Assembly (NCBI GenBank): GCA_963789955.1
Contig: CAWBMV010000006.1
Location: 32,001 to 96,000, forward strand
Length of the DNA stretch: 64,000 nt
Direction: 5' to 3'
Origin: an uncultured Candidatus Rokubacteria bacterium
GTDB lineage: Bacteria > Methylomirabilota > Methylomirabilia > Rokubacteriales > CSP1-6
Shown here piece after piece: positions 34,593 through 43,280 of this stretch. The notes under the pieces were generated by a model. The model saw nothing but the letters and a program-made list of their open reading frames with translations, had not been told where the DNA came from and made no database searches. The stretch's first letter is position 1. Each line of letters begins with the position of its first letter. A program made the position numbers and the translations under genes.

Positions 34593-34627
34593 GTCACCGC
34601 GTGGACCATGCTTCGCACATTGTAGTC
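34593..34627 (-). repeat. Diverged copy of the 3' end of the metal SBP gene (other copy at 33680-33714)
   Basis: GACTACAATGTGCGAAGCATGGTCCACGCGGTGAC versus GACTACAATGTCCGCACCCTGGTCAAAGCGGTGAC, 29/35 identical by hand alignment. Confidence 0.7.
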
Positions 34628-34666
34628 CACGAAGGCTGCTTCGTTGAGCGGGTTCGCGGTCGTCTC

Positions 34667-36051
34667 CTATCGATCCCGGAAGCCGTGGACGTGACTACCC
34701 ATGACGATCGTCCATTGCAGGAAGAACGCATCGTCGGTCGGCTTGGATGACGGCAAGCTCGTTTCGCTGTGGGTGTATTGGAGCCGAATGCGCTGGAACT
34801 CGGACGCCCAGATGGTGAAATACGGTGAGATCTGCCAGGTCGTGCGCGACGGATTGTCGATGTCCTGGACGTATTCCAGCAGGATCCCCGGGTAGTAGCG
34901 GCGGGTCAGGCGCGCCTCGAAATAGGTGTACGCGCCGACCGCATCGCGATATCTGAAGACCTGGGTAGGGCTGTCGTCGGTCGGGGGAATGCCCGGTCGG
35001 GCCTCGTGATTCACGAGGAGCTCGCTGCCCCAGATGAAGCCACGGTACGAGGACTGGCCCAGCGGTGCGTACCGCAACGTCATATCGAATCCGAACAGAT
35101 TTCGAGCCTTCAGCCCTTCGATTCGCACCTCCGGCGTGTAGGCGTCGCTCAGCCCGAGGTCGAGCCCTAGAGAATCGCTGAGGCTGAAGTACGTGGCCAC
35201 CCGACCCAGGTAGGTGAACTCCGAAAGATCGCGCGGTACGAGGTTGGAGACGCGATCGTTCTCGGCACCGATCTTGTTGTACATGCCGGCCGTGAACGTC
35301 AGGTACTGATCGATCGGCGCCAGCCAGCTCACCTCGACGCCGTCGGCCTGCGATTCTCCGCCGACGTACTGGTCGAGGACGAGGGGCCGGTTCACGAACG
35401 GCAGATCGTGGTCGTGGAACGTGGACAGGCGTCCGAACTCGGCGAAGAAGCGCCCGCCCTTGACCGTGAGGTTGTAGGGGAGCGCCGTCGTGACGATGGC
35501 GGCTTCCTCGACCTCGACCCCGTCCGCCGTCCCGTTGATGATGGCGTACGCCCTCGCAAACGGATCGACACTCGCCGAGATCCCCAGCTCACCCGACCGG
35601 AACTCGAAGTTCGAGTGGTTCTGCCGACTGTCGAGAACACCGAGTCGACGACGAATCCGATGGCTGGATTGAACTGAGATGGGAACGTCTTGTTCGCCGC
35701 GGCGAGTTGCGGCTGGATCTCGGCCAGGATCATTCGCTTGAGCTCCTCCGCGTCGACCGCCATGGGTGCCGGAGTCGGCGTCGCGGGCGGAGCCGCCGAG
35801 GGTATCGCCGGGGGAGGCGCTGCGGGCGCGGCTGACGGTGTGGGTGTGCCCGGTTTCTCGCCCGAGAGCTTTCGGATCAGCTCCTCCTGCTGTTTCATCT
35901 GTTGCTCGACGCGCTGCAACTGCTGCTTGACTGCGTCGAGCTCCCGGCGAAGCTGCTCTTCGCTCGCCGGCTGCTGGCTATGACCGGCGTAGGACCGCCG
36001 AGTATCACTGCCGTGCCCAGCAATACGACGACGGGAAGTAAGCACGCGCAT
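34667..36051 (-). CDS. Outer-membrane beta-barrel metal uptake protein (zinc-regulated receptor-like); frameshifted
   Basis: Coiled coil and Pro/Ala linker, SQFNPAIG, alternating beta-strand pattern and C-terminal SEFQRIRLQY...FFLQWTIVMGSHVHGF; heads the metal ABC operon. Confidence 0.75.
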
Positions 36052-36127
36052 GCGATCCTCCGTATGGACATCGAGCTTGCCGGCAGCGGAGCCGGCGTGG
36101 TCGAGCTACGTCAGTGCGCGGAGGACG

Positions 36128-36409
36128 CTAGCGGAGCGGAGGAGCGCGAGAATCGAAGCGGTAGAGCGCCTGGCCCTGGATTCGGCCCGAGCGCTGGTGG
36201 GCCGCGAGCAGGGAGGCCAGGAACAGGACCACGACCGGTACGGTTTCGGCCAGCGACGCGGTCGAGCCGAGCGCCGCCATCAGGCTGAGGTCGTGCTCTG
36301 CGTTCCAGAGCCCCGACTCGGCCGAGACGTGGACGTGGAGAAGGGTCGCGCCGGCGACGACGAACGCGACGAGGCCCAGCACCAAGAGTAGCGACTTGAA
36401 CTTCGTCAC
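36128..36409 (-). CDS. Small membrane uORF with HxH/EHD motif and C-terminal RAPP (DUF2946-like putative arrest peptide)
   Basis: N-terminal TM, LLHVH...GLWNAEHD and FDSRAPPLR*; lies directly upstream of the outer-membrane transporter. Confidence 0.7.
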   Translation of the reverse strand: MTKFKSLLLVLGLVAFVVAGATLLHVHVSAESGLWNAEHDLSLMAALGSTASLAETVPVVVLFLASLLAAHQRSGRIQGQALYRFDSRAPPLR

Positions 36410-36476
36410 GGCGCTAACAATACCTCACTTCTCGGTGTACGCAAAGCCTGCGAAGGACTCACCCGAGGGGCGTGCC

Positions 36477-36845
36477 TCACCGCCGACCCGTCACCGTGAA
36501 GGTCAAGGTCGACTCGACGACGTGGCCGTCGACCGACAGCACGCGAAAGCTCACGGTATAGCGTCCGGGCGCGAGGAGAGGCAGCGAGACCGCGAGCCGC
36601 CGGGCATCCTCGGCCGACACCGCGACGTCACGCAGATCGACCTGGGCCCCCGCCTCGTTGGTCACCGACGCCTTCGAGTACGCCGGCTCGAGGCGCTCGT
36701 TGAACCAGAGCTCGACCCGGGGCGGCGGCTCGACGAGCGCGGCTCGCTGGGCGGGGACGGACTTCACGAGGACCGCGTGCGCGAGGGCCGCGGCAGGCCG
36801 GAGCAGCAGGGCGGCCAGCCCGGCGAGGACGAGACGCCGTCTCAT
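36477..36845 (-). CDS. copC: Copper resistance protein CopC
   Basis: Signal peptide, then mature N-terminal His (AHAVLVKSVP), LWFNE and GRYTVSFRVLSVDGHVV. Confidence 0.9.
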   Translation of the reverse strand: MRRRLVLAGLAALLLRPAAALAHAVLVKSVPAQRAALVEPPPRVELWFNERLEPAYSKASVTNEAGAQVDLRDVAVSAEDARRLAVSLPLLAPGRYTVSFRVLSVDGHVVESTLTFTVTGRR

Positions 36846-37210
36846 TTGATCTTCTCGATCGCGGTGACGGCCAGGTTCGGCAGAATGCCTCGCAAGGTGA
36901 ATCGTACCGCGTCGCCGACGGCCACGGCCTCCTGGATCTTCGGCGACGCGACGCGAAAGCCCATGGTCATCGCCGGCATGTAGCCCGGGATGTCGCCGTG
37001 CGTGAGCACGATCACCCCGAGCTCGGGAAAGATCGCGCGCACGACGCCGTCGACCGTCCACTGGCGCTCGACTCCGCTGGTGGCGGCGGTGCGCGCCTCG
37101 TCGAGCTCGCGCTCGAGCCGGGCCGCGCGAAGCCCCCAGAAGGCATAGCCCCAGCCCACACCGACGACGAGCGCCAGGTTGATCAGGAGCACCGCCTTCC
37201 AGGCCCGCAT
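36842..37210 (-). CDS. Membrane-anchored CusF-like copper-binding protein
   Basis: LTHGDIPGYMPAMTMGF...VGDAVRF (His/Met CusF motif). Confidence 0.8.
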   Translation of the reverse strand: MRAWKAVLLINLALVVGVGWGYAFWGLRAARLERELDEARTAATSGVERQWTVDGVVRAIFPELGVIVLTHGDIPGYMPAMTMGFRVASPKIQEAVAVGDAVRFTLRGILPNLAVTAIEKIK

Positions 37211-39187
37211 CAGTGCACGTGCTCCTCCGGCGCCGCCTCCGCCGTGATCTTCTCGTCGTTGAGCTGCTGCACCTGGGCCATGAACGAATCGAGGTCGCCG
37301 GCCTCGCCGCCGCTTCGAGTGATGGCGCGGATGTAGCCCTGGCGATCGATGAGGAGCTCGACGTGCGGAGCGACCGCGAACATCCGATAGGCGGCCACGA
37401 TCGTCTCGGCGCCCTCGGTGACCACCGGGAACATGATGCGCGGGTCCGGACCGAGATGACGGATCGCGTCCGGGTCGGCGTCGATCGGCACCGCGATGAC
37501 CTCCACGCCGAGCATCGCCAGGCTTCCCTCGTGCTGGGCGATCTGAGTCATCCGCGCGCGCGAGCCGGGCAGCGCGTACAGCACGACCAGCACGTTGCGG
37601 CCCCGATAGTCCTTGAGCGTGCGCGCCGGCGTCGGGCCGACCGTGAACGTGAAGTCGGGTGCGACGAGCCAGCGCCGGTCGCGCTCGATCGTGGGTCCCA
37701 TGCCTCGGGCGCCGTACCCCGCCGACAGCGCGCGCAGGAAGTTGATCAGCTCCCAGCGTTGCTCCTCGCCGAGCCGCGAGTCGAATCCGGGCATCCCGGA
37801 TCCCGAGATCCCGTGACTGATCCACCAGAACAGGTCGCCCGCCGTGTGCTGCGCGGTGTGCGGCGCGCGCAGGTCGGCAGGGGACCGCGGAAGCCCTCGG
37901 CCGTCGGGGCCGTCGCCTGCGCCCCGCGGCCCGTGGCAGCCCGCGCAGTTCGTCTGGTAGAGCGCGGCGCCGGCCGTGATCGCGCCGGCCTGATAGGGTA
38001 CCGAAGGGCGCAGATACGTCGTCGGGTACGCGTCGATCGCCAGCGGCGGAAGCGCGAGCCCGGCGCCGGCCCCGAGCAAGGCGAGCGCGACCATCGCCAG
38101 GGGAAGCCGCCAGGCGCGCATCGCGATCCCGGCGATCAGGGCCAGCAGACCGATCACACCGATCTGGCTTCCGATCAACGCACGCGCCGTCTCGTCGGCG
38201 CGGCCCTCGAGCGCGGCGAACGACAGGCGGATCGTGAACGGCCAGAGTGGCGGCTCGTGACGGGCCGGCGGCGTGACGCTCATCGCGGCGACGATGGCGA
38301 CGATCGCCAGCGCCAGGATCGCCTCCACGAGCACAAATCCCGCGAGTCGGCGCATCGCCGGACGACCGACCGCCGGCCCGTCGCCGCCGAGACGGGCCAG
38401 AAGAACCGAGCGATTCACTGCGGCCAGCACGAGAATGAGCACCAGCAGCCCAAGCTTGGCGAGGAGCAGACGCCCGTAGGTCGTGCCGACGAGCCCGGCG
38501 ACGTTGCCGACGTGGGTGACCGCGAGCGTGGTGCCCGTGATCGCGAGCAGGAGGATCACGCCCAGCGCGGCGCGCGAGAAGCTCCGCGCCGCGAGCACCG
38601 CGTACGGCCGCGCATCCGCGCCGGCGTCCGTCGACGCCTTTTTCAGGAGAAGCGCCAGCGGGAGCAGCCCTCCCACCCAGATGCCGGCGCCGAGCACGTG
38701 CAGGGCGTCGACCGCGATCGCCCGCGCGGTGTCCGGCTCCACGGCGGCGGCGTGACCCGCCGCCGCGAGCGGCACCAGGGCCGCGACCCCGAGCAGCATC
38801 GCTTCGCCTCTCGCCGCCCGCCAGTCCGCGCGCCGCGCGACGGACACGCGCAAGGACAGGAAGGCGACGAGCATCGACGAGGAACCCGGCGCGCACGAGC
38901 CAGACGTGGCCGGCCTGGGTTTCGACCAGCACGCGTCCGATCGCGCGGGCTTCGAGCGCCGCGGCCGGCCGATCTTCGAAGAGGGCCGCCTGCGTACCGA
39001 CCACGACGAGGCCGGACGCGAGCGCGACGAGCGCGCAGCCCCACGCCCAGGCGAGCACGCGCCGCTCCCAGGCCAGTGCGGTCGCGCGATCAGAGCGGCC
39101 TGCCATCACGATCATCGCCGCGGCGCCGACGAGGAGGACCGAGCTGGCGAGATGGAACCAGCGAGCGGTGAGACCGAGCGCGTACAC
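37210..39187 (-). CDS. copD: CopD membrane domain + cytochrome c + redoxin-like fusion; frameshift near 38880
   Basis: RWFHL, AGHAAA, LHVLGAGIWVGGL, YGRLLLAKLGL, heme motif CAGCH, GDLFWWISHG..MPGF, APDFTF..TLKDYRG and C-terminal EEHVH. Confidence 0.85.
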
Positions 39188-39253
39188 CCGGCCAGTGTAC
39201 CGGATGGGCAACCGGCATTGAGTCCGGCGAGTTTCTTCGCTACAGTGCCATCC

Positions 39254-39764
39254 ATGCTGCGGGTCCTGGCGATGCTCGCCTTGGCCGCTTTCGTTCTGGC
39301 CGCGGGCCCGGCCGACGCTCACGTCGGCAGCGCCGAGCGCGCCGTGTTCGAGGCGCCGGAGCTTCCGGCGGCCTCGGAAGCCTCTGGTCCGACTCAGTTC
39401 CTGGTAGCGGGCGACTCGACCGACTTCCCGTGGCCGATTGCCCTGATCGTGCTCTTCGCCGCGGCGACCCTCACGCGGCGGCGTTCCCGCGGACTGGTCG
39501 CGGCGGTCCTGGTCGCTCCTGATCGCGATCCTCGGTGTCGAGGCGGCGGTGCATTCGGTGCACCACGCGTCCGGCGGCCAACCCGTCGCGTGTCCGACCG
39601 CCTCGGTCGCCGCGCATCTCGACGGCACCACGGTCGTGGCGCTCGCGCTGGACGAGCCCGTCCACCCGGTCGGCACCGCGACCGTGCTGTCCGGTCCGCG
39701 CCTCGCTTCACTCCGCTCGCTCGATCCGTCGCAGCCCCGGGCTCCCCCGTTCGCGCTCGCGTAG
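39254..39764 (+). CDS. Membrane uORF with HSVHH..C motif and C-terminal RAPP (DUF2946-like putative arrest peptide); frameshift near 39515
   Basis: Signal-like N-terminus, TM segments, EAAVHSVHHASGGQPVACPTA and SQPRAPPFALA*. Confidence 0.7.
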
Positions 39765-39803
39765 ACATCGCGCGACGCTCCAAAAATTTCCCAGGGGGGT
39801 CCC

Positions 39804-40791
39804 ATGCAAGGGAAGACTCTATTCGCGTGCGCGCTCGCGCTGGCGCTCTCGTTCGCGACGTTCGACGCGGCTCAGGCCCACGGCCTGATCGGCAAGCGGT
39901 TTTTCCCGGCGACCTTGGCCACCGACGATCCGTTCGTGGCCGACGAGCTCTCGTTGCCGACCATCTCCTATCTCAAGCTCCGGGGCAGTGAAGACGCGCC
40001 CCCGACGAAACAGATCGACCTGAGCGGCGAGTTCTCGAAGCGTCTGAGTCCCGAATCTGGGCATCTCGCTCGCTGGGACCTTCACGATGCTGGACCCGGA
40101 CGAAGGCTCGTCCGTGAGCGGCTTCGACAACCTCGAGGTCTCGGCGAAGTACGTCTTCTTCAAGAACGCCCCGCACGAGCTCCTGCTGGCGGGCGGTCTC
40201 AGCTGGGACGTGGGCGGCACCGGCAGCAAGAAGGTCGACGCCGAGAGCTTCGACACGTGGACGCCGCAGCTCTTCTTCGGCAAGGGCTTCGGCGATCTGC
40301 CGGATCAGCTCGAGCTGATGAAGCCCTTCGCGGTGACCGGCGTGTTCGGCCTGGCGATTCCCTCGCGCGTGCACACGAAGACGTTCGAGACCGACGAAGA
40401 CGGCACCGTGGACGTGAAGAAGCCGCTGAATCCGATGGTGTTCCAGTGGGGGTTCAGCTTCCAGTACAACCTGCAATACCTGCAATCCTACGTGCGCGAC
40501 GTCGGGCTCCCGGCGCCGCTCAACCGGATGATTCCGATCGTCGAGCTCGTGCTCGAGACGCCGCTCGACGGGCGGGACGCCGGGCGCACGACCGGCACCG
40601 TGAACCCGGGGATCATCTGGTTCGGGCGGTATTTCCAGCTCGGGCTCGAGGCGGTCATTCCGGTCAACCACGACATCAGCAAGAACATCGGCGCCCTCGC
40701 GCAGATTCACTTCTATCTGGACGACATCCTGCCGCAGGTCTTCACGTGGACGCCGTTCCACGGCGTCCTCGGGCCGACGCAGCCGCAGTGA
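39804..40791 (+). CDS. Putative outer-membrane beta-barrel protein, copper-associated; frameshift near 40055
   Basis: Signal peptide with mature N-terminal His (AHGLIGKRFFPATLATDDP), SGFDNLEVSAKY and alternating aromatic strands; cotranscribed with copC/copD. Confidence 0.7.
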
Positions 40792-41139
40792 GCCGACTGC
40801 TGGCGGTGGCGCTGCTTCTGCTCGCTCCGAGCTGGGCCGGGGCTCACGCGTTTCCCGACCATTCCGAGCCCCGGGTCGGGCACACGGTGGAGGCGTCGCC
40901 GCCGGCAGTCCGCATCTGGTTCGACGGGCAGATCGAGCCCGTGTTCAGCAAGCTTCGCGTCGAGGACGCCAACAACCGACAGGTCGACAAGGGCGACTCG
41001 CGGGTGAATCCGACGGACGCGAACAATTCTCGAGGTCGGTCTGCCGCCGCTGGCGCCGGGCCGATATCGCGTGTTCTGGAGCGTCGTCGCCCGTGACGGC
41101 CACCGGACCGAGGGCGATTTTGCTTTTCGGGTGAAATAG
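40788..41139 (+). CDS. copC: Copper resistance protein CopC, second copy; frameshift near 41025
   Basis: AHAFPDHSEP, RIWFD and GRYRVFWSVVARDGHRTEG. Confidence 0.88.
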
Positions 41140-41155
41140 ACGGGACGCCCCAGAC

Positions 41156-42540
41156 GTGATCGCCCTGCCTCTGCACGAGCTGCTCCTGGCGACCGGCGGC
41201 CGCTGGCTCGGACTGCTCGCGCTGGCGGTGCTGGTCGGCGGCCTCGTGCTCGACTGCGTCGTGCTCCCGCGCCACGCCGGAGAGCTCGTGACGGCCCGGC
41301 GCCGGCTCCAGCGGTGGATCAGCCTGGCGATCGTGCTACTGCTCGTGACGTCCGTGATCGATCTTCTGGCCCGAGCGCGCGTGATGAGCGGGGGCGACCT
41401 CTCGCAGGTGGGCACGGTGCTGCCGCTCGTGCTGACGCGCACGCACTTCGGCACGGTGTGGATCGCGCGCGCGATCATTCTCGTGGCTCTCCTCGCACTC
41501 TCCGCGTTGCGTCGTCGCCGGCAGCCGGATCGTCGGGTTCGTGCTCGCCCTCGGCGTCGCGCTGACCGGTACGCTCACCGGGCACGCCGCCGACTGGGGC
41601 GATCGCTCGTTCTCCGTGCTGGTCGACTGGCTTCACGCGGTCGCCGCCACCGCGTGGACGGGAGGGCTGTTCGGTCTGGCGATCGCGCTCAGCCCGCGGA
41701 GCGCGTTCAGGATCGGCGCCTCATCCGAGCTGCTCCGTACGGTCGCGCGGCGATTCTCGCGTCTCGCCGGGTACTGCCTGCTGGTCGTCGTCGCCAGCGG
41801 TGTCTACAACGCGTACGTTCAAGTGCCGACCTTCGCTTCGCTGTGGACCACGACGTATGGAGCGGCTCTCCTGCTCAAGGTCGTGCTCGCGCTGGTCCTC
41901 GCGCTGCTGGGCGCTGTGAATCGCTACCTGGTGCTGCCGGGTCTCGGGGCGACCCGCCCGCGACGGCGCGGACGGCTCCGCCGGCTCTGTCGCATCGCGC
42001 TCTTCGGCGCCGCGACGGCTCAGGGAGCAGCGCGAACCCGGCTCTCGCGGCTGGTCGGGCGCGAAGCGGCGGTCGCGGTTGTCGTGTTCGGCTGTACGGC
42101 CGTCCTCGGCGAGTCCACCCCCAAAACCCACGAGGCCCACGCCTCCCACGTCGGCGATCGAGAGGAGGACGGCGCGCATCACGATGCAGGAGCTGCATGC
42201 GAGCGGCGGCGTGCCGAAGGGCTGGATGTTCACGCCGCCCTCGGGCGACGCCGCCAGGGGCCGTGAGGTGTTCGCGCGGCTCGAGTGCTACACGTGTCAC
42301 GCGGTGGCCGGCGAGACGTTCCCGCGGCCCTCGAAGGTCGGGCCCGCGCTGAGCGACGTCGGCCACCATCATCCGCCCGGCTATCTCCTCGAGTCGGTCA
42401 TCAATCCGAACGCCGTGATCGTCGAGGCGCCGGGCTATACTGGCCCCGACGGACGCTCGATCATGCCCGACTATCGCGACAGCCTCTCGACCCGCGAGCT
42501 GATCGACCTGATCGCCTACCTGAAGAGCCTCGGAGGCTAG
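41156..42540 (+). CDS. copD: CopD membrane domain with C-terminal cytochrome c, probably one fusion; frameshifts near 41520 and 42170
   Basis: THFGTVWIAR, TGHAADWG, DWLHAVAATAWTGGL, RRFSRLA, YGAALLLKV, then GDAARGREVF..CYTCH..MPDY..LIAYL. Confidence 0.8.
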
Positions 42541-42541
42541 C

Positions 42542-43261
42542 ACGGCGTCCGGGCCCGCCGGCCGCCCGCTTCGAGCCGTCTTCTTCGACGCGGGCAACAC
42601 ACTTCTGCGCATGGACTACGCGGCGATCGCCGCCGCGCTCGCGCGCGAGGGGGTGCGGGTCAGCGCTGACGCCGTTCAGCGCGCCGAATGGCGGGCGCGC
42701 GTCCAGCTCGACGACCACGTCTTCGCGCGGACGGCCGTGGCCGAGTCCACCGAGAGCCAGTCGGCCGCGACGCGTTACATGGCGTACGTGCTCGAGGGGC
42801 TCGGCGTGACCGATCCAGACACCGTCGAGAAGGTCGCCGCCTGGAGGCGGAGCTTCAACCCCCCGGTCGGTGTCTGGACCACGCACGATCCACAAGCGCT
42901 CGAGGCGATCGCGCTCGTGCGCGACTGCGGTCTTCGAGCCGCCGCCATCTCCAACTCGAACGGGTCGGTGCGGTCGGTCCTCGATGCCGTCGGCGTGGCG
43001 GCTCATCTCGACTTCGTCCTTGATTCCGGCGAAGTCGGCGTCGAGAAGCCCGATCGCCGCATCTTCGAGCTCGCGCTGGCCCGCGCCGGAATCGCGGCCG
43101 CTGAAGCTGCCTACATCGGTGACCTCTACACGATCGACGCGCGTGGCGCCGGCGCGGCCGGACTACGGCCCGTCCTCCTCGATCCCGGCGGTTTCTGGGG
43201 CGCCCGCGATTGCGCGATGGCGCCCGATCTCCTGTCGGCGGTGAGGCTGGTGGTGGGCTGA
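42542..43261 (+). CDS. HAD-superfamily hydrolase
   Basis: Motif I VFFDAGNTLL (upstream of the ORF-track ATG), ISNS, EKPDRRIF and YIGD...D. Confidence 0.85.
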   Translation, partial: TASGPAGRPLRAVFFDAGNTLLRMDYAAIAAALAREGVRVSADAVQRAEWRARVQLDDHVFARTAVAESTESQSAATRYMAYVLEGLGVTDPDTVEKVAAWRRSFNPPVGVWTTHDPQALEAIALVRDCGLRAAAISNSNGSVRSVLDAVGVAAHLDFVLDSGEVGVEKPDRRIFELALARAGIAAAEAAYIGDLYTIDARGAGAAGLRPVLLDPGGFWGARDCAMAPDLLSAVRLVVG

Positions 43262-43280
43262 GAGTCACCCGGCGAGCGGC

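Noticed and set aside
35760..35860. Pro/Ala-rich low-complexity stretch as a DNA repeat
   Set aside because: It encodes a protein linker in the barrel gene and has no regular nucleotide period.
36410..36476. Zur/Fur box upstream of the metal uptake operon
   Set aside because: No AT-rich palindrome matching those consensus sites.
36842..39805. 987-aa ORF
   Set aside because: Chimera of the CopD N-terminus, off-frame sequence and the CusF-like gene, caused by a frameshift near 38880.
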